Shown: piece by piece, positions 1 through 10,417 of the stretch
Numbering within the stretch: the stretch's first letter is position 1
Layout of the letters: each line of letters opens with the position of its first letter
Source: Adineta steineri
Lineage: Eukaryota
NCBI GenBank assembly: GCA_905250115.1
Contig: CAJNOI010000034.1
Span: 210,810 to 241,187 of the forward strand
DNA length: 30,378 nucleotides
Reading direction: 5' to 3'
Position numbers and translations under genes: made by a program
The notes under the pieces: model-generated
The model's database searches: none
Seen by the model: only the letters and a program-made list of their open reading frames with translations
Told to the model about the DNA's origin: nothing

Positions 1-762
1 AGGTGCTGGCGGTGGAGGACCACCAAATGGTGAAGCTCCAAAAGAAATTGTAGTGCTGCTCGTGCTGCTTCCAAATAATGCTGGAGTTGGCGATAGAAAA
101 GATGGTAGCTGTGGTGGTGGTGGAGCAGTACTAGAGAACATTGCTGAACTAATATATGGTGAAGCTCCAAAAGAAGTTGTAGTGTTGCTCGTGCTGTTTC
201 CAAATAATTGTGACGCTGCACCAGGAGGCGGAAGTGGAGGTGGAGGTGCATTAGGCTGCCACAAATATGAAGACGCATTAGGCAGCGATGGCGGAGGTGC
301 ATTAAGTAAAAAGTTAGACGGGGCATAAAAACCATCAAGTGTTAGAGAATCATTTGTGTTATTGTTGCTATTGTGTTCGAACGAATCTGATATAACTGAT
401 GACGGATGATCACATCGTATAGAGCTATATGCATCAGAAGCCAACGCAAAACTGTCTGTTGTCAAACTAAACAAGTCTGATGTTGTAGGAGGTGTAGGTG
501 AAGAAATTCGAAGCTGTTGCTGTTGTTGTTGTTGTTGCTGCTGCTGTGGCTGTAGTTGCTGTTGCTGTGGTGGAAACACTAGTTGCTGACGATGCTTATC
601 TTTACTGCTCTCTGTAAGAAAGCCAGTTTTTTTCTGTTTCTGTAGAGCACCATCAAAGACTTTCGAAATTTTGAAAGATTTTTTTTGTAATTTTTCTTCT
701 GCTTCGTTTACAGATGTTGGCATATAGCTTGGGGATGTTGTAAAAGCGCTTTTCGATTGTTC
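1..762 (-). CDS. PARP4: PARP4-like exon 20 (runs off the window): poly-Q, Ser/Thr-rich, Pro-rich region with 43-aa tandem repeats carrying LFG...SFGASP motifs
   Basis: Acceptor tttttttttcatattaag; 254 codons open to position 1; in frame with exon 19 (phase 1). Confidence 0.65.
28..285. repeat. Tandem direct repeat, period about 129 bp (at least 2 copies, truncated by the window), coding for the LFG/SFG repeat unit on the minus strand
   Basis: tggtgaagctccaaaagaaattgtagtgctgctcgtgctgcttccaaataatg at 28 and a near-identical copy at 157. Confidence 0.8.
505..585. repeat. Trinucleotide repeat (TTG/CTG on plus = CAA/CAG on minus) coding a poly-Q tract in PARP4-like exon 20
   Basis: gctgttgctgttgttgttgttgttgctgctgctgtggctgtagttgctgttgctg. 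Confidence 0.85.
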
Positions 763-826
763 TTAATATGAAAAAAAAACATTCAGTTATTTTATGTGGA
801 TTTTAAATCTTTTTAAAAACCATTAC

Positions 827-1408
827 CTGTTGCGGATGCGATGTTACATTCAATTTGAGAAATGATATCACTCGTTTGGTCCAAACGTTTTCTAAGTATC
901 GGAATAGATGTTTTCGGTCTTGCACGTAATATTATTTCTTCTTCACTTTCTTCAGCTTTATTAGCTGATTTTTCTTTTGTTTCGTAGTTTATTGTCTGAG
1001 GTGGCGCGAAGTCTTCATCACCAAACAACGCAAAACCCATATCACACTCCTCTTCATCTTCTACTACTTCAGCCCAAGATTTTTTTTCTTTAACTGCTGA
1101 TTTTGAAGGTGCTATCTCACGTAGACCGAATGATTTGTTTTGCTTTGAGGTAGATTTAGATGATGATGAAAATCCTCCACCGCCACCACCCTCACCAAAC
1201 AAATCAAAACCGCACATATCGTCGCCGTCTTCTTCTTCGTCCGCATCTATCCATGTTTTAATCGTTACTGGCATAGCTCTAGTGCGCTTTAATGATGTTG
1301 CACATGCTATGGAAGGCATTGTCTCCTCATAATCACCAAATAGACCACAACCCATGTCATTATCAGAATCTGATGAACTATCGCTATCAGTTGGTAGAAG
1401 CACTTTAG
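827..1408 (-). CDS. PARP4: PARP4-like exon 19: acidic Ser/Asp/Glu-rich region with three P-stalk-tail-like motifs (DMGCGLFGD, DMCGFDLFGE, DMGFALFGDEDF) and a Gly run
   Basis: 193-codon ORF; acceptor tttttaag; alternative donor CAG|GTAATGG at 826 keeps the frame open into the downstream exon instead of stopping at 813. Confidence 0.7.
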
Positions 1409-1470
1409 CTTAAAAAGAAACACAAGTCAAAAACAATTTCGGAATATCATGTTTATACAAGTTAATTTAC

Positions 1471-1507
1471 CTGTCTTTTTAACATTACTATCAAACATGT
1501 CCATTAC
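1471..1507 (-). CDS. PARP4: PARP4-like exon 18 (37-nt micro-exon)
   Basis: Acceptor ttttctttttacgaag, donor GTAAAT; reading through the flanking sequence instead hits stops; restores the frame into the next exon. Confidence 0.5.
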
Positions 1508-1577
1508 CTTCGTAAAAAGAAAAATAATATACAATTGTATTAAATAGTCTTTTATTTTTTCTTTGACAACAACTTAC

Positions 1578-1638
1578 ACAAAAAGATTCATCATCAGTAG
1601 TTTCTTCAGAAGTTGTACTTTGATTTTCTAAATTTTGT
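1578..1638 (-). CDS. PARP4: PARP4-like exon 17
   Basis: Acceptor ttttattag, donor GTAAGT; 20 codons QNLENQSTTSEETTDDESFC. Confidence 0.6.
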
Positions 1639-1689
1639 CTAATAAAACAAATTTATTAAACTATATTTCTTTTTATATTGTTAACTTAC

Positions 1690-1789
1690 GATTTTTCCGA
1701 TTCGATGCGTATATTGATTTCATCTAATCGTTTTTCTAATATTTTTCTTTCATCAGCTGTTGCATTATTGATTTCATTTAATAAATCTA
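1690..1789 (-). CDS. PARP4: PARP4-like exon 16 (charged, coiled-coil-like)
   Basis: Donor GTAAGT; NAG-type tandem acceptor (1789 or 1786); frame DLLNEINNATADERKILEKRLDEINIRIESEK. Confidence 0.6.
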
Positions 1790-1844
1790 CTTATATTTAT
1801 TTAATATAAGAAAACAGATTATTTTTAAAATAATTGACTTTTAC

Positions 1845-2153
1845 CTAATTGCATTTTATTTTCAAGTTCTTGAGCTTTTTCGTTTTCTTTTAATGTTATT
1901 CTATATGTATCAATAATTGTTAACATTAAATCATATTTTGCATCACCACCTGATCGATAAGATATATTCTGACAAAAGTTTTCATATTCTTCTGATAAAT
2001 CAATTTTATTTGATACTGAAGCACTATCAAATAAACGTTTTGCATTCAATAATTTTTCTTTCATTAAATCAATTTGTGAACGATCACCATCCCAACCAAC
2101 ATATGGAAGTAAATCAATATCATTTTCAAGCATAACATCAAGTAATCGAACAC
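1845..2153 (-). CDS. PARP4: PARP4-like exon 15 (post-VWA region)
   Basis: Acceptor aaaataag, donor GTAAAAG; open frame; phase 1/1. Confidence 0.7.
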
Positions 2154-2221
2154 CTTATTTTAAAGAAAAGAAAAATACAGTTACAAACGAAATTTTATTT
2201 TAGATAAATATATATATTAAC

Positions 2222-2981
2222 CTGGTTCAAGTGCTTCTCCATCACGTTCTTCAATTGCTACAAAACTTGTAAATGAACTTACAACAGAGTATTTCATACT
2301 AAGTTCAATTAAATCTTGTTTATATTGTTTTTTAATAAGTTCATTTTCACTTTCATCAATATGTAATAAACCATTTTCATAATCATGAATAATCGCACGA
2401 GCTGTTAAACAATGTAAGATTCGTCCTTTTGTTTCAGTTATTTTATTACTAAATACAGTTGTATTAAATTCTTGATTATTTATCATTGCTGTTAATGTTG
2501 CTTTATGACAATTTTGTATAAAACGATAGACAGTTAAACGCATACCATTAAATAATGATCGAATCATTTTTGGTGCTTGATTTGTAAATTTTTCTTGTTG
2601 ATTATCAATATTTCCATGCCAATCAATTGATATATTATTTACACATGGTTGACGAATATGTTCAAGTATAAGAAGTACTTTTGTTTTCCATCTTGAACGA
2701 TAATTTGAATCAAATACAGTTGTTAAACCACCACCATGTGTTCCATTAGCTAATTGCTTTAAATTATGTTTATTCGATGTATCACCAATTGAACATGTAA
2801 ATAAACGATCATGAATCATAGATGATTGAGTTTTAAATAGTTGTAAAATTGATTGAAGGTCATTAATATGTCCATCAGATAAAAGAATAAATTGTCGACC
2901 AAGTTTAGATGGTGATGGTAAAAGTGAATATTGACGAAGAACAGAAAAAAGATCAGTATTTCCTCGATGATCAAGTGAATG
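2222..2981 (-). CDS. PARP4: PARP4-like exon 14, VWA domain remainder
   Basis: HSLDHRGNTDLFSVLRQ...FILLSDGHIND...; 253 codons open; donor GTTAAT. Confidence 0.85.
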
Positions 2982-3037
2982 CTATTATAGAAATTAAATA
3001 ATATATAAATAAAAAAACAAAACAAAATAATACAAAC

Positions 3038-3111
3038 CAAAATAAAATGTTTAGCTTTATCAATATTTTCATTTGTATTTAGTGATGAAATAGGAAAACA
3101 TTCATCATTAT
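3038..3111 (-). CDS. PARP4: PARP4-like exon 13, VWA domain
   Basis: Acceptor ttattttag, donor GTTTGT; DNDECFPISSLNTNENIDKAKHFIL. Confidence 0.7.
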
Positions 3112-3160
3112 CTAAAATAAATGTTAATAAATAAAATCTTAAATTATCAAAATATCTAAC

Positions 3161-4049
3161 CTGATCCAAATGTAACAATATTAAAATAAATATTTCCATT
3201 AGTATTCTTCATATTTGTTAAAAATAAATGTGCTAATTGTTTTGCTTGTTGTACATGATTTCCATCCATTGAATTTGATACATCAATAAGAAAAACAATT
3301 TCAATATATTCATTCATATTACTGATCATTTCAAATTTTGGATAAAATATTAACATACATGCTTGTGAATTTTCATCATTTATTTCTGTATTATTATTTT
3401 CGTCGGATAAAACATATGTTTCATTTAACATTCGTGGTAAATTAATACTTTTTAATGTTATAGAAAGAATAAAATCTTTTTCAAATAATATATTATCAAC
3501 AAGTTCAATCATTGCAATACAATCAGTTATTTTTCGTCGAAGACGATGTGTTGGAGAAAATAATTTCATTATCTCATATGGCATACGTATAGATGCTTTA
3601 AGACTAAATGCAACTGTTTTCATTGACGAATTATCTTGTTCAAGATTAATTGATGGAAGTATTGTTTGATCTTTCATATCCAATGCTTGTTTTGATTGCC
3701 ATGATGCTACTTTAGCTGGTAAACGAAATATAATATCATTATTTTCAATGGGTAATTCAGCAACATAGGTTATTTTAATAATAACTTCACAATTAGCTGG
3801 TAAATTACCAACAGATACACTAAATACTTCCGGTTGTTCTTGATGCATTAAATATGCACCATGACCTTTTTCAATAGCTTCACGATATTCACGTTTAGCT
3901 TGTTCTTTTTCTTTAACAACTCCTTTAATTATTTTGTTATTGATATGTGCTTCAAAACCACAAACAGAACAATTTTCATCAAGTGGAAATACATATTTAG
4001 CTTCAATTGGAACTGTACTTGTATTATGATATACTTGATAAAGAACAAC
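3161..4049 (-). CDS. PARP4: PARP4-like exon 12: VIT domain plus start of VWA domain (IVFLIDVSNSMDG MIDAS motif)
   Basis: 889-nt exon; AKYVFPLDENCSVCGFEAHINNKIIKGVVKEKEQAKREYREAIEKGHGAYL (VIT) then EIVFLIDVSNSMDG (VWA DxSxS); donor GTTAGA. Confidence 0.9.
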
Positions 4050-4104
4050 CTAAAGATTTATTTAGATAAAATAAAATAACTATAAGAAATTATTTTTTAC
4101 TAAC

Positions 4105-4244
4105 TTCAGCAGTTACATCAACAAGTTGTGCACGAATATGAAAAGCTTTAAGTGGAACAAGTTGACCTGATGATGGACATATTAAACCATAATCTTGTTC
4201 AGCTACTTCAATTACTTCATCTTCAATTGTTGTAGGAATATCTA
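4105..4244 (-). CDS. PARP4: PARP4-like exon 11 (linker between catalytic and VIT domains)
   Basis: Acceptor cttgttctttcag, donor GTTAGT; open frame; phases consistent. Confidence 0.65.
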
Positions 4245-4295
4245 CTGAAAGAACAAGATATCTAATCTAACATTCATTGTAAAAAAACGACTTAC

Positions 4296-4452
4296 TTTCA
4301 TTTTTCGATATGTTTGATTGATTTGTTAAATAATCACGAACTATAGGTAATAGACTTAATGTTTCATTAATACTATCATGGGGTTTCCATGATACTTCAA
4401 CAATATATAATAATTTTTGTTGATCAAGATTATAAACAACATATTCATCATC
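4296..4452 (-). CDS. PARP4: PARP4-like exon 10, catalytic Glu region (DDEYVVYN)
   Basis: DDEYVVYNLDQQKLLYIVEVSW aligns with PARP1 LLYNEYIVYD...; donor GTAAGT; completes the H-Y-E triad. Confidence 0.85.
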
Positions 4453-4501
4453 CTAAATAAATATATAAATATGAAATTAGATTAAAAAAATCTATTCTTA
4501 C

Positions 4502-4787
4502 AATAAATCTTGAATTATTTTCAGTATTATTTTTTACTCCATGTGTACTATGAAAATTTTCTGGTGGTTCAATTAAATTTGGTGCATAGGAATAAAATTT
4601 TGCTGAATCACCTAATGCTACTTGAGATATACATAGCAATCGTCGACCAGGCCGTGCTACACTTGATGTTGTATATTTTAAAGATGTTGAAACTGAATCG
4701 GAAAAATAAACACCATATCCTAAACATCCAATATCAGTACGTGTGATTCCTAAATCATTAACAACCATTTTTGGCATAAGTAAACCA
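4502..4787 (-). CDS. PARP4: PARP4-like exon 9, PARP catalytic core (GYGVYFSD, catalytic Tyr)
   Basis: LLMPKMVVNDLGITRTDIGCLGYGVYFSDSVSTSLKYT...LLCISQVALGD... aligns with PARP1 [21 protein letters not shown]...LILLGEVALG; donor GTAAGA. Confidence 0.9.
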
Positions 4788-4842
4788 CTAAAAATTAATA
4801 GAAAAATTTAAACGAGAAAAACATTTTTTTTGTTTTATTTAC

Positions 4843-4991
4843 CGTGATAAAATTCCAAGAAAATTATTATATTTCGATCCATGAAATAATTGTTTTTGAT
4901 TGAAAAGTGTTGAACGAAAATTTAATACATCTGTTTGTTTCGCTACACTATATATATGATGAACAATTACTTCTTCATTTCTATAAAATAT
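4843..4991 (-). CDS. PARP4: PARP4-like exon 8, start of catalytic domain (LFHGS motif, catalytic His)
   Basis: ...QLFHGSKYNNFLGILSRG aligns with PARP1 LLWHGSRTTNFAGILSQG; 37-nt intron upstream; donor GTAAAT. Confidence 0.85.
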
Positions 4992-5028
4992 CTATAAATT
5001 TTATTTGAATAATTCACAAAAAAAATAC

Positions 5029-5193
5029 GAACGTATTCGTTGATGAATGAATCATATTACTAATCGTTGTATATTCAAGTGTATTATTTTCAATACTTTC
5101 TATATGACATTTTAATGCTCGATATTTCGCTTCAATTGATGCTTTTACATTCCAATTTGTTAATTCATTAACAGTAGCCATATCACGAAGCAT
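5029..5193 (-). CDS. PARP4: PARP4-like exon 7
   Basis: Acceptor ttgttgtataattgag preceded by in-frame stop; 55 codons MLRDMATVNELTNW...; donor GTATTT. Confidence 0.7.
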
Positions 5194-5252
5194 CTCAATT
5201 ATACAACAAAGGAAATAAAATTAAAAAAAAAGAAGTAATTATAATTTTATAC

Positions 5253-5414
5253 TTGACATAAATCTATTTTATCGATTAAAGCACGACGATTTTTAATGAG
5301 ATCAATTACGTATGATTGTTGATGAGGAATAAGTGAATAGAAACGTGTTTCTGCTTGTGAGGCCGAGTCACTATCAGATTTAATTTCTAATAGTGCAGCT
5401 TCTGCTTCGATAAT
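5253..5414 (-). CDS. PARP4: PARP4-like exon 6, PARP helical domain (FYSLIPH motif)
   Basis: Contains ...ETRFYSLIPHQQSYVIDLIKN..., matching the PARP1 'FYTLIPH' region; acceptor aattag, donor GTATAA. Confidence 0.85.
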
Positions 5415-5466
5415 CTAATTAAAATATAGAAATATTATTAAATTAGGTTTTGTTTTTTCTTTATAC

Positions 5467-5604
5467 CGTTTTCAAAGCAATTGATTCAGGTGGAACAGAA
5501 AGTATTTTATTCAAATCACCAATTGATTCGATCCATAACGATTCAATTAATTGACAAATATTATCATCAAGCATTTGTGTATCAATTCGATGTAAAAACA
5601 ATGA
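5467..5604 (-). CDS. PARP4: PARP4-like exon 5, PARP regulatory (helical) domain
   Basis: Acceptor ttattttttag, donor GTATAA; SLFLHRIDTQMLDDNICQLIESLW... Confidence 0.75.
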
Positions 5605-5661
5605 CTAAAAAATAATTGAAATTTTAAAAAAAATCGGAATATATATATTTTTGTATCTTAC

Positions 5662-5952
5662 ACGTAATAATAATTTTGAACCTAATTTATCTGGTAATAA
5701 ATCTCGAATTCGTGTTATTCTTGGCATAGTTGCAATACGATAATAATATGACGCAAATAATTGATGTAATTCATTAATATCATTACTAAATGCATATTGA
5801 ATAACAGATATTTTACCTTTTAAACTTGTTATTGTTTGTTTTTCATAACGAACTCTTAATCGATAATTATTATTATTTATTTGATTAATATATTCTTCTG
5901 GAATAATTTGTAATTCAAGAGCAAAATAAATATCAGAATTATCATTTGTTTC
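5662..5952 (-). CDS. PARP4: PARP4-like exon 4 (97 codons)
   Basis: Acceptor ttttttaatag, donor GTAAGA; continuous ORF ETNDNSDIYFALELQIIPEEY...LLLR; phase 0/0. Confidence 0.7.
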
Positions 5953-6004
5953 CTATTAAAAAATAAATTATATCTTTGTTTTTTTTTATAATCTCTATAT
6001 TTAC

Positions 6005-6147
6005 TTTAAAAATTGCCCATTTACCAATTTCAGCATGTGTTATTTCATCGAATTCTGGTAATTCAACATCATCAGAATTCCAAATTTTTATTTTTGATAA
6101 ATCAAATTTAATAGCTTTTACTGCACTAGCCGAAGAATTTCCCCCAC
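6005..6147 (-). CDS. PARP4: PARP4-like exon 3
   Basis: Acceptor ttttcatag; frame GGGNSSASAVKAIKFDLSKIKIWNSDDVELPEFDEITHAEIGKWAIFK; donor GTAAAT; phases consistent. Confidence 0.7.
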
Positions 6148-6196
6148 CTATGAAAATAATTATATTAATTTCTTAAAACAAACTTTATTTACTAAC

Positions 6197-6404
6197 CTGA
6201 TACTGGTATAGTACCAGTTTTAGAGAAATTTTCTTTATCTTCAGCTGATGTTACAATAAATCGTTTGATATTAGGTGGTTCTTTTTCAATTGATAAATTA
6301 CGACATTCATAAATATATTCAACATTAAGTAGTGGTATACCGAGCTGTTTCGCTCGACGAGTTTTATATGTATCAATATCATTCGAAACCAAAGCATAAT
6401 CCGT
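6197..6404 (-). CDS. PARP4: PARP4-like exon 2, BRCT continuation
   Basis: Acceptor ctctatag; open frame TDYALVSNDIDTYKTRRAKQLGIPLLNVEYIYEC...; donor GTTAGT; phase 0 in, 1 out. Confidence 0.8.
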
Positions 6405-6470
6405 CTATAGAGAAAAATGAATTTTTTTTTCGTAATTTAATTTAAAAATAAAAAAATATGTACAACATAC

Positions 6471-6599
6471 ACTAGCAGTTAAAATATATGATATATTAGC
6501 ATTTTGTTGACGTAAATAGTTAATAAGTTCTTGTTTAGCTTTAAAACGAATGGATGAACCAAGTTCAAGCACAAATGTTTTACCATTTAATACAGACAT
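6471..6599 (-). CDS. PARP4: PARP4-like (vault PARP) exon 1: ATG at 6599, BRCT domain N-terminal part (MSVLNGKTFVLELGSSIRFKAKQELINYLRQQNANISYILTAS)
   Basis: True ATG (not alt start); BRCT-like sequence; donor GTATGT at 6470; phase 0. Confidence 0.8.
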
Positions 6600-8636
6600 A
6601 TGAATGAAAATTTATTTTTTCACGTTAAATCTAAATGAATATTTCATGAAGAATGAATATACCGCTTTGTGTTTTGTTTCATAAATAGTTGAGAAAGAAG
6701 AAAAAATGACGACTGCCACGATGATGTATGATTCATCTGTTACATAAAAATGCTTGTCAAAACAGAAAGGAAAAAGAAATATCAAATGATAAGCATGTTA
6801 ATGTTCTTGCACCACGCGTTAGAAATCTTGTTCTTGCACAATTGAAAGAAACTTTGATTGTAGATTATCTTTTGTTTTATTTCTTAGAGAAAATAAATTA
6901 ATCTTATCAATATTATCTAGTAAATATTCACGTAGTGTGTACGAAATGTCTCTTTCTAAAAGTTTTTTGGTATGTTTTTAATGCGGTCTTGCACGAGTCT
7001 ACTTCCTTTTTTTGAATACAATGCAAAGCAAAGCATTTATAAAACCGTTCGCGAGTTAACAGAACATAAAAAAATCTCAGTTTAAACGCAACGATTTACT
7101 TTCTAGCCTAAAGCGAAACAGAATGTTTAGAGATGCCGAAAACAAGATTTTCTTTTGATATATGATGATTGAAAGAGATATAAAGAGACACCAAGTTTTC
7201 AGTCGATCAGATGTGTTTTATAAGCTGGCTACGCATTTCTGTTCATGATAAAAAGTTCTTATTGATGTCTCATTCTTGTCAAAATTTCTCTATTTGTTTT
7301 CATAATCTTAATATTATCATTTTTGTCGTAGTTTTACGTTCGCATACAAACGTTTTTCTTTCTCTGTACAGTACTAATGATTTAGAAATTGATTAAGTTT
7401 TTTACTCTGATATTTTCACATTGTTAAATCGAGTTCATCAAGTTCTATAGGAACAAATATATTACAATTTTTGTTAACCTTTTTGTTGAAGCAATATTTA
7501 CTAGAAGCTAATACAGGAAGTTGAAAAACAAGTAGTATATAAAGAAGTGCTTTCTTAGTATTTTTACAATTAAAATATAATAAGAAAAAACTATATTCTT
7601 CATATAAACGAAGTCATTAATTACAAAGATAACAAAGAAAAACTTTCAAAAATGCCGAGAAAACAATTCCTTGCGGATCCTCCGTCATAATGTTTTTTAG
7701 GAAAAACTTCTAGAAAGAAACTTTTGAGCCATTCGGTAGATAAATTATTTTCCTTATGATAATGATTTCATCAGTTACTATTTAAATATCTTTTCACACG
7801 ATAAATATCACTAATTTGTATAAACATATTTAGGTCATTGATATAAATTATTATTGAATTTGAATCTTCCATAATAATATGAAACATACTTGAATGATGA
7901 TCTAATCAATTCTTTGAAACATCTCACCGGATGATCGTATCTCGTGCGGAAATAATATAGAGTTATAAACCTTCTATCGCTACAAGTTGATTCATTAACT
8001 CAAAGTCTCTCATCATTTTGATCTTTATAGAATTTCTACAGACAGTAAAAGATTTTATATGTGATTGATAATGAAAACTATCGAACATTATACTTGTTGT
8101 TTCTGTCATTTTATTAACAAAAAAATCTAGAAAAAACGAACCAGAAAAAAAAATTTTAGTTTTCTGCTTTTTGTCTGTTGCGTTTGAAAGAAATACGAAA
8201 AGAAAACTTTGTGACAACAGAAACATACACAAAAAAAAGAAGATGAAGACATTTTTCTCTCATTTCGGCCTTATACATATATCTGTAAGTTGAGAGAGAA
8301 GAAGGGATATAGAGCACACACACATAAACAAGTAAACGAGAAAAGTTAGACAAATATGAAATGAAAGTTTTAGAGTTTTTTTTTGTCTTATTTTCGAAAT
8401 ACATATCAGTGTTTAAGTTTATAATAGGAATAAACTAGAAGAAGAATACAGGCGATGTATACAAGTTGAACAATATATACTCACAAAAAACATACAGAGA
8501 AAAACTTATGTACAGAGACAAACTACAGTAATCAATTACATGTGAAGATGAATGCAAGCTATATAAAAAGAAAAGAAAACAAAAACCATTGTTTTGCTTG
8601 TCTCTCTTTTCATTGTTGATAATTTATGATAATGAT

Positions 8637-8747
8637 TTAGTTTAAATTAAGATACTGCCCATTTTCTTTAAGCCAATCAACTGCACAAGCTTTCACATGC
8701 GCCGTTATTCCTTGACATTTGAGAGATTTCCGACATTGAACATTAGG
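8637..8747 (-). CDS. Candidate small peptide gene, exon 2 (PNVQCRKSLKCQGITAHVKACAVDWLKENGQYLNLN*); total 44 aa, 3 Cys including a C-x9-C pair
   Basis: Acceptor ttttattctag; GC-richer island in AT-rich DNA; in-frame stop TAA at 8637-8639. Confidence 0.4.
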   Translation of the reverse strand, partial: PNVQCRKSLKCQGITAHVKACAVDWLKENGQYLNLN

Positions 8748-8879
8748 CTAGAATAAAAAGAAAATATATTTCTATTCAATGATTATTTTTTAAATAATTA
8801 ACATCGTTGCAAAGAATGCAGTTAATGTATTATTTAGTACACATATGTACGATATTGATATAAAAAAATATTTTCTTAC

Positions 8880-8903
8880 TAAATTAATGCTGTTTTTCGA
8901 CAT
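8880..8903 (-). CDS. Candidate small peptide gene, exon 1 (MSKNSINL)
   Basis: ATG at 8903 preceded by in-frame TAA; donor GTAAGA at 8879; TATA-like (TA)n 40-55 nt upstream on this strand. Confidence 0.4.
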
Positions 8904-8942
8904 CAATTATAGATAGAATGACAATAACAATCTTAGAAAAAT

Positions 8943-8962
8943 GTTTATATATATATACATAT
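8943..8962 (-). promoter_or_regulatory. TATA-like element (tatatatatacatataaa) upstream of the candidate peptide gene
   Basis: Position relative to ATG 8903 fits a TATA box plus a short 5'UTR. Confidence 0.3.
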
Positions 8963-9773
8963 AAACAAGCGAAAATATTTAGATTATTCAAGAAAAACAA
9001 TAATATTTGCGAGAGAATCCTATGAAATGCAAAGGTTGAAACTTTTGTTCATTATGCTGGATATAGTAAGAATAGTTTATAATTATTTACTATACTGTAT
9101 TGAATACATCATTAAAAATATTTGTTCGCATACTGAAAAATTTGAGAGAAAAGTCGTTATTTTCGATATACAATGCTTCTTTTCACTAAAATCCTAAGTA
9201 TAATCTAGCTAGTGTCATACACATATTCAAAATCAATATAGGTTCTTTTGATAATATTCTACTAGAGATTAAAAACAAAACTATAATAGAAAGAGTCGTA
9301 GATATGAATTATTCTCGACTTTTTTTTCGATTAAATAACTAGTTTAACGTAGAAACTACTCATTTAAATCTTCATACTATCTTACATTTATAAATCACAA
9401 AGTTTTTTATATATTATTTGAATGAAAATTCTTAGTAACTTCCTACATCCGATATGAGAAATATCTATTTTGTATCTTTAGCCTATCTGATCTAGTACTG
9501 AAGATAAGAATACAAATGTTACATCTACTATTCTAGTCATGGTATATCTCTGATAATATACGAAGAAATTGTTTCTAGTTGATTTTAAAAATCACACATA
9601 GAGTGTTTTACATTCAAATATACTTGAATTCATGTAGAGAACGTAACAGATTTATTTTTTTTTCGAAAGAACTAGTTTTACTTACAATTTTCTATTCACT
9701 ACTAATAAATACATCGAATAATTTTGATATTATATAATATTAAGAAAATGATTTTTTTTCTTTTCTTTTTCGA

Positions 9774-10351
9774 TCAAATAAATTTGTAATAGACTCGAAT
9801 GAAAACAAATAATAACATTGAACTTACACATTCATATTCTCCTTCGGCATTTTTCATTAGCAAGGTAACAATTTTATTTTTCCCACTTCGTCTCTTTTTA
9901 ACTGCATTAACTGCTGCTAGTTGTTGTGATGAACGATCTTGATGATGTGAATTAGTTTGATGATGATTAGCATGTCCACTATTCGTATGATGTTGTTGAT
10001 GATGTGATGGAAGTTTATTTGGAACTGCTGTACTAGTACCACCATTTTGTTGTGCAGTAATAGTATGATGAGCAATATGATGATTTGTTGCTCCAGCAGC
10101 AAGTGCAGCAGCAGCAGCTGCAGCAGTTGATGCTGCTGCTGCTTGTTGTTGAGTTGTCTGACTAATATAACCACATTGATGTTGTATAAGTGCTGCTTGT
10201 GACATAGAAATTTTTCCAACTGTAGCCCATCGTTCAAGTAATTCACATAATGTACGTTGTTTTTCATCAAGTACTTGTGCAGTTGTTGATGTTGGTTGTT
10301 GTTGAGATGTTGTTAATAATGCACGAATATTTGCTTTAACAATATTTGTTT
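9774..10351 (-). CDS. Cys/His-cluster protein exon 3: Q/A/H/S/T low-complexity tail (poly-A/Q, HHQQHH) then KKRRSGKNKIVTLLMKNAEGEYEC
   Basis: Acceptor taaatag; ORF to TGA at 9774, but a perfect donor TGT|GTAAGT at 9826-9827 may end the CDS at 9828 with the stop in a short downstream exon. Confidence 0.55.
10095..10145. repeat. GCA/GCT trinucleotide repeat (codes poly-Ala/Gln in the gene above)
   Basis: agcagcaagtgcagcagcagcagctgcagcagttgatgctgctgctgc. Confidence 0.8.
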
Positions 10352-10417
10352 CTATTTAATATATGAAGAAGAGAAAAACAATATTTAAATTTGAAGAAAA
10401 TATTGTTTCTTTTTTAC

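Noticed and set aside
53-328. Plus-strand ORF (91 aa, G/A-rich) from the ORF track
   Set aside because: GTG start; it is the antisense of the repeat-containing PARP4-like terminal exon, whose minus-strand frame is the one that joins upstream exons in phase.
2816-3199. Minus-strand ORF of 127 aa, hydrophobic/AT-codon rich
   Set aside because: Spans an intron plus out-of-frame exon sequence of the PARP4-like gene; low-complexity translation of AT-rich DNA.
9917-10270. Minus-strand ORF of 117 aa, L/I/Q/N-rich
   Set aside because: Alternative frame of the poly-Q/A coding repeat; the frame carrying the Cys/His cluster and proper splice phases is preferred.
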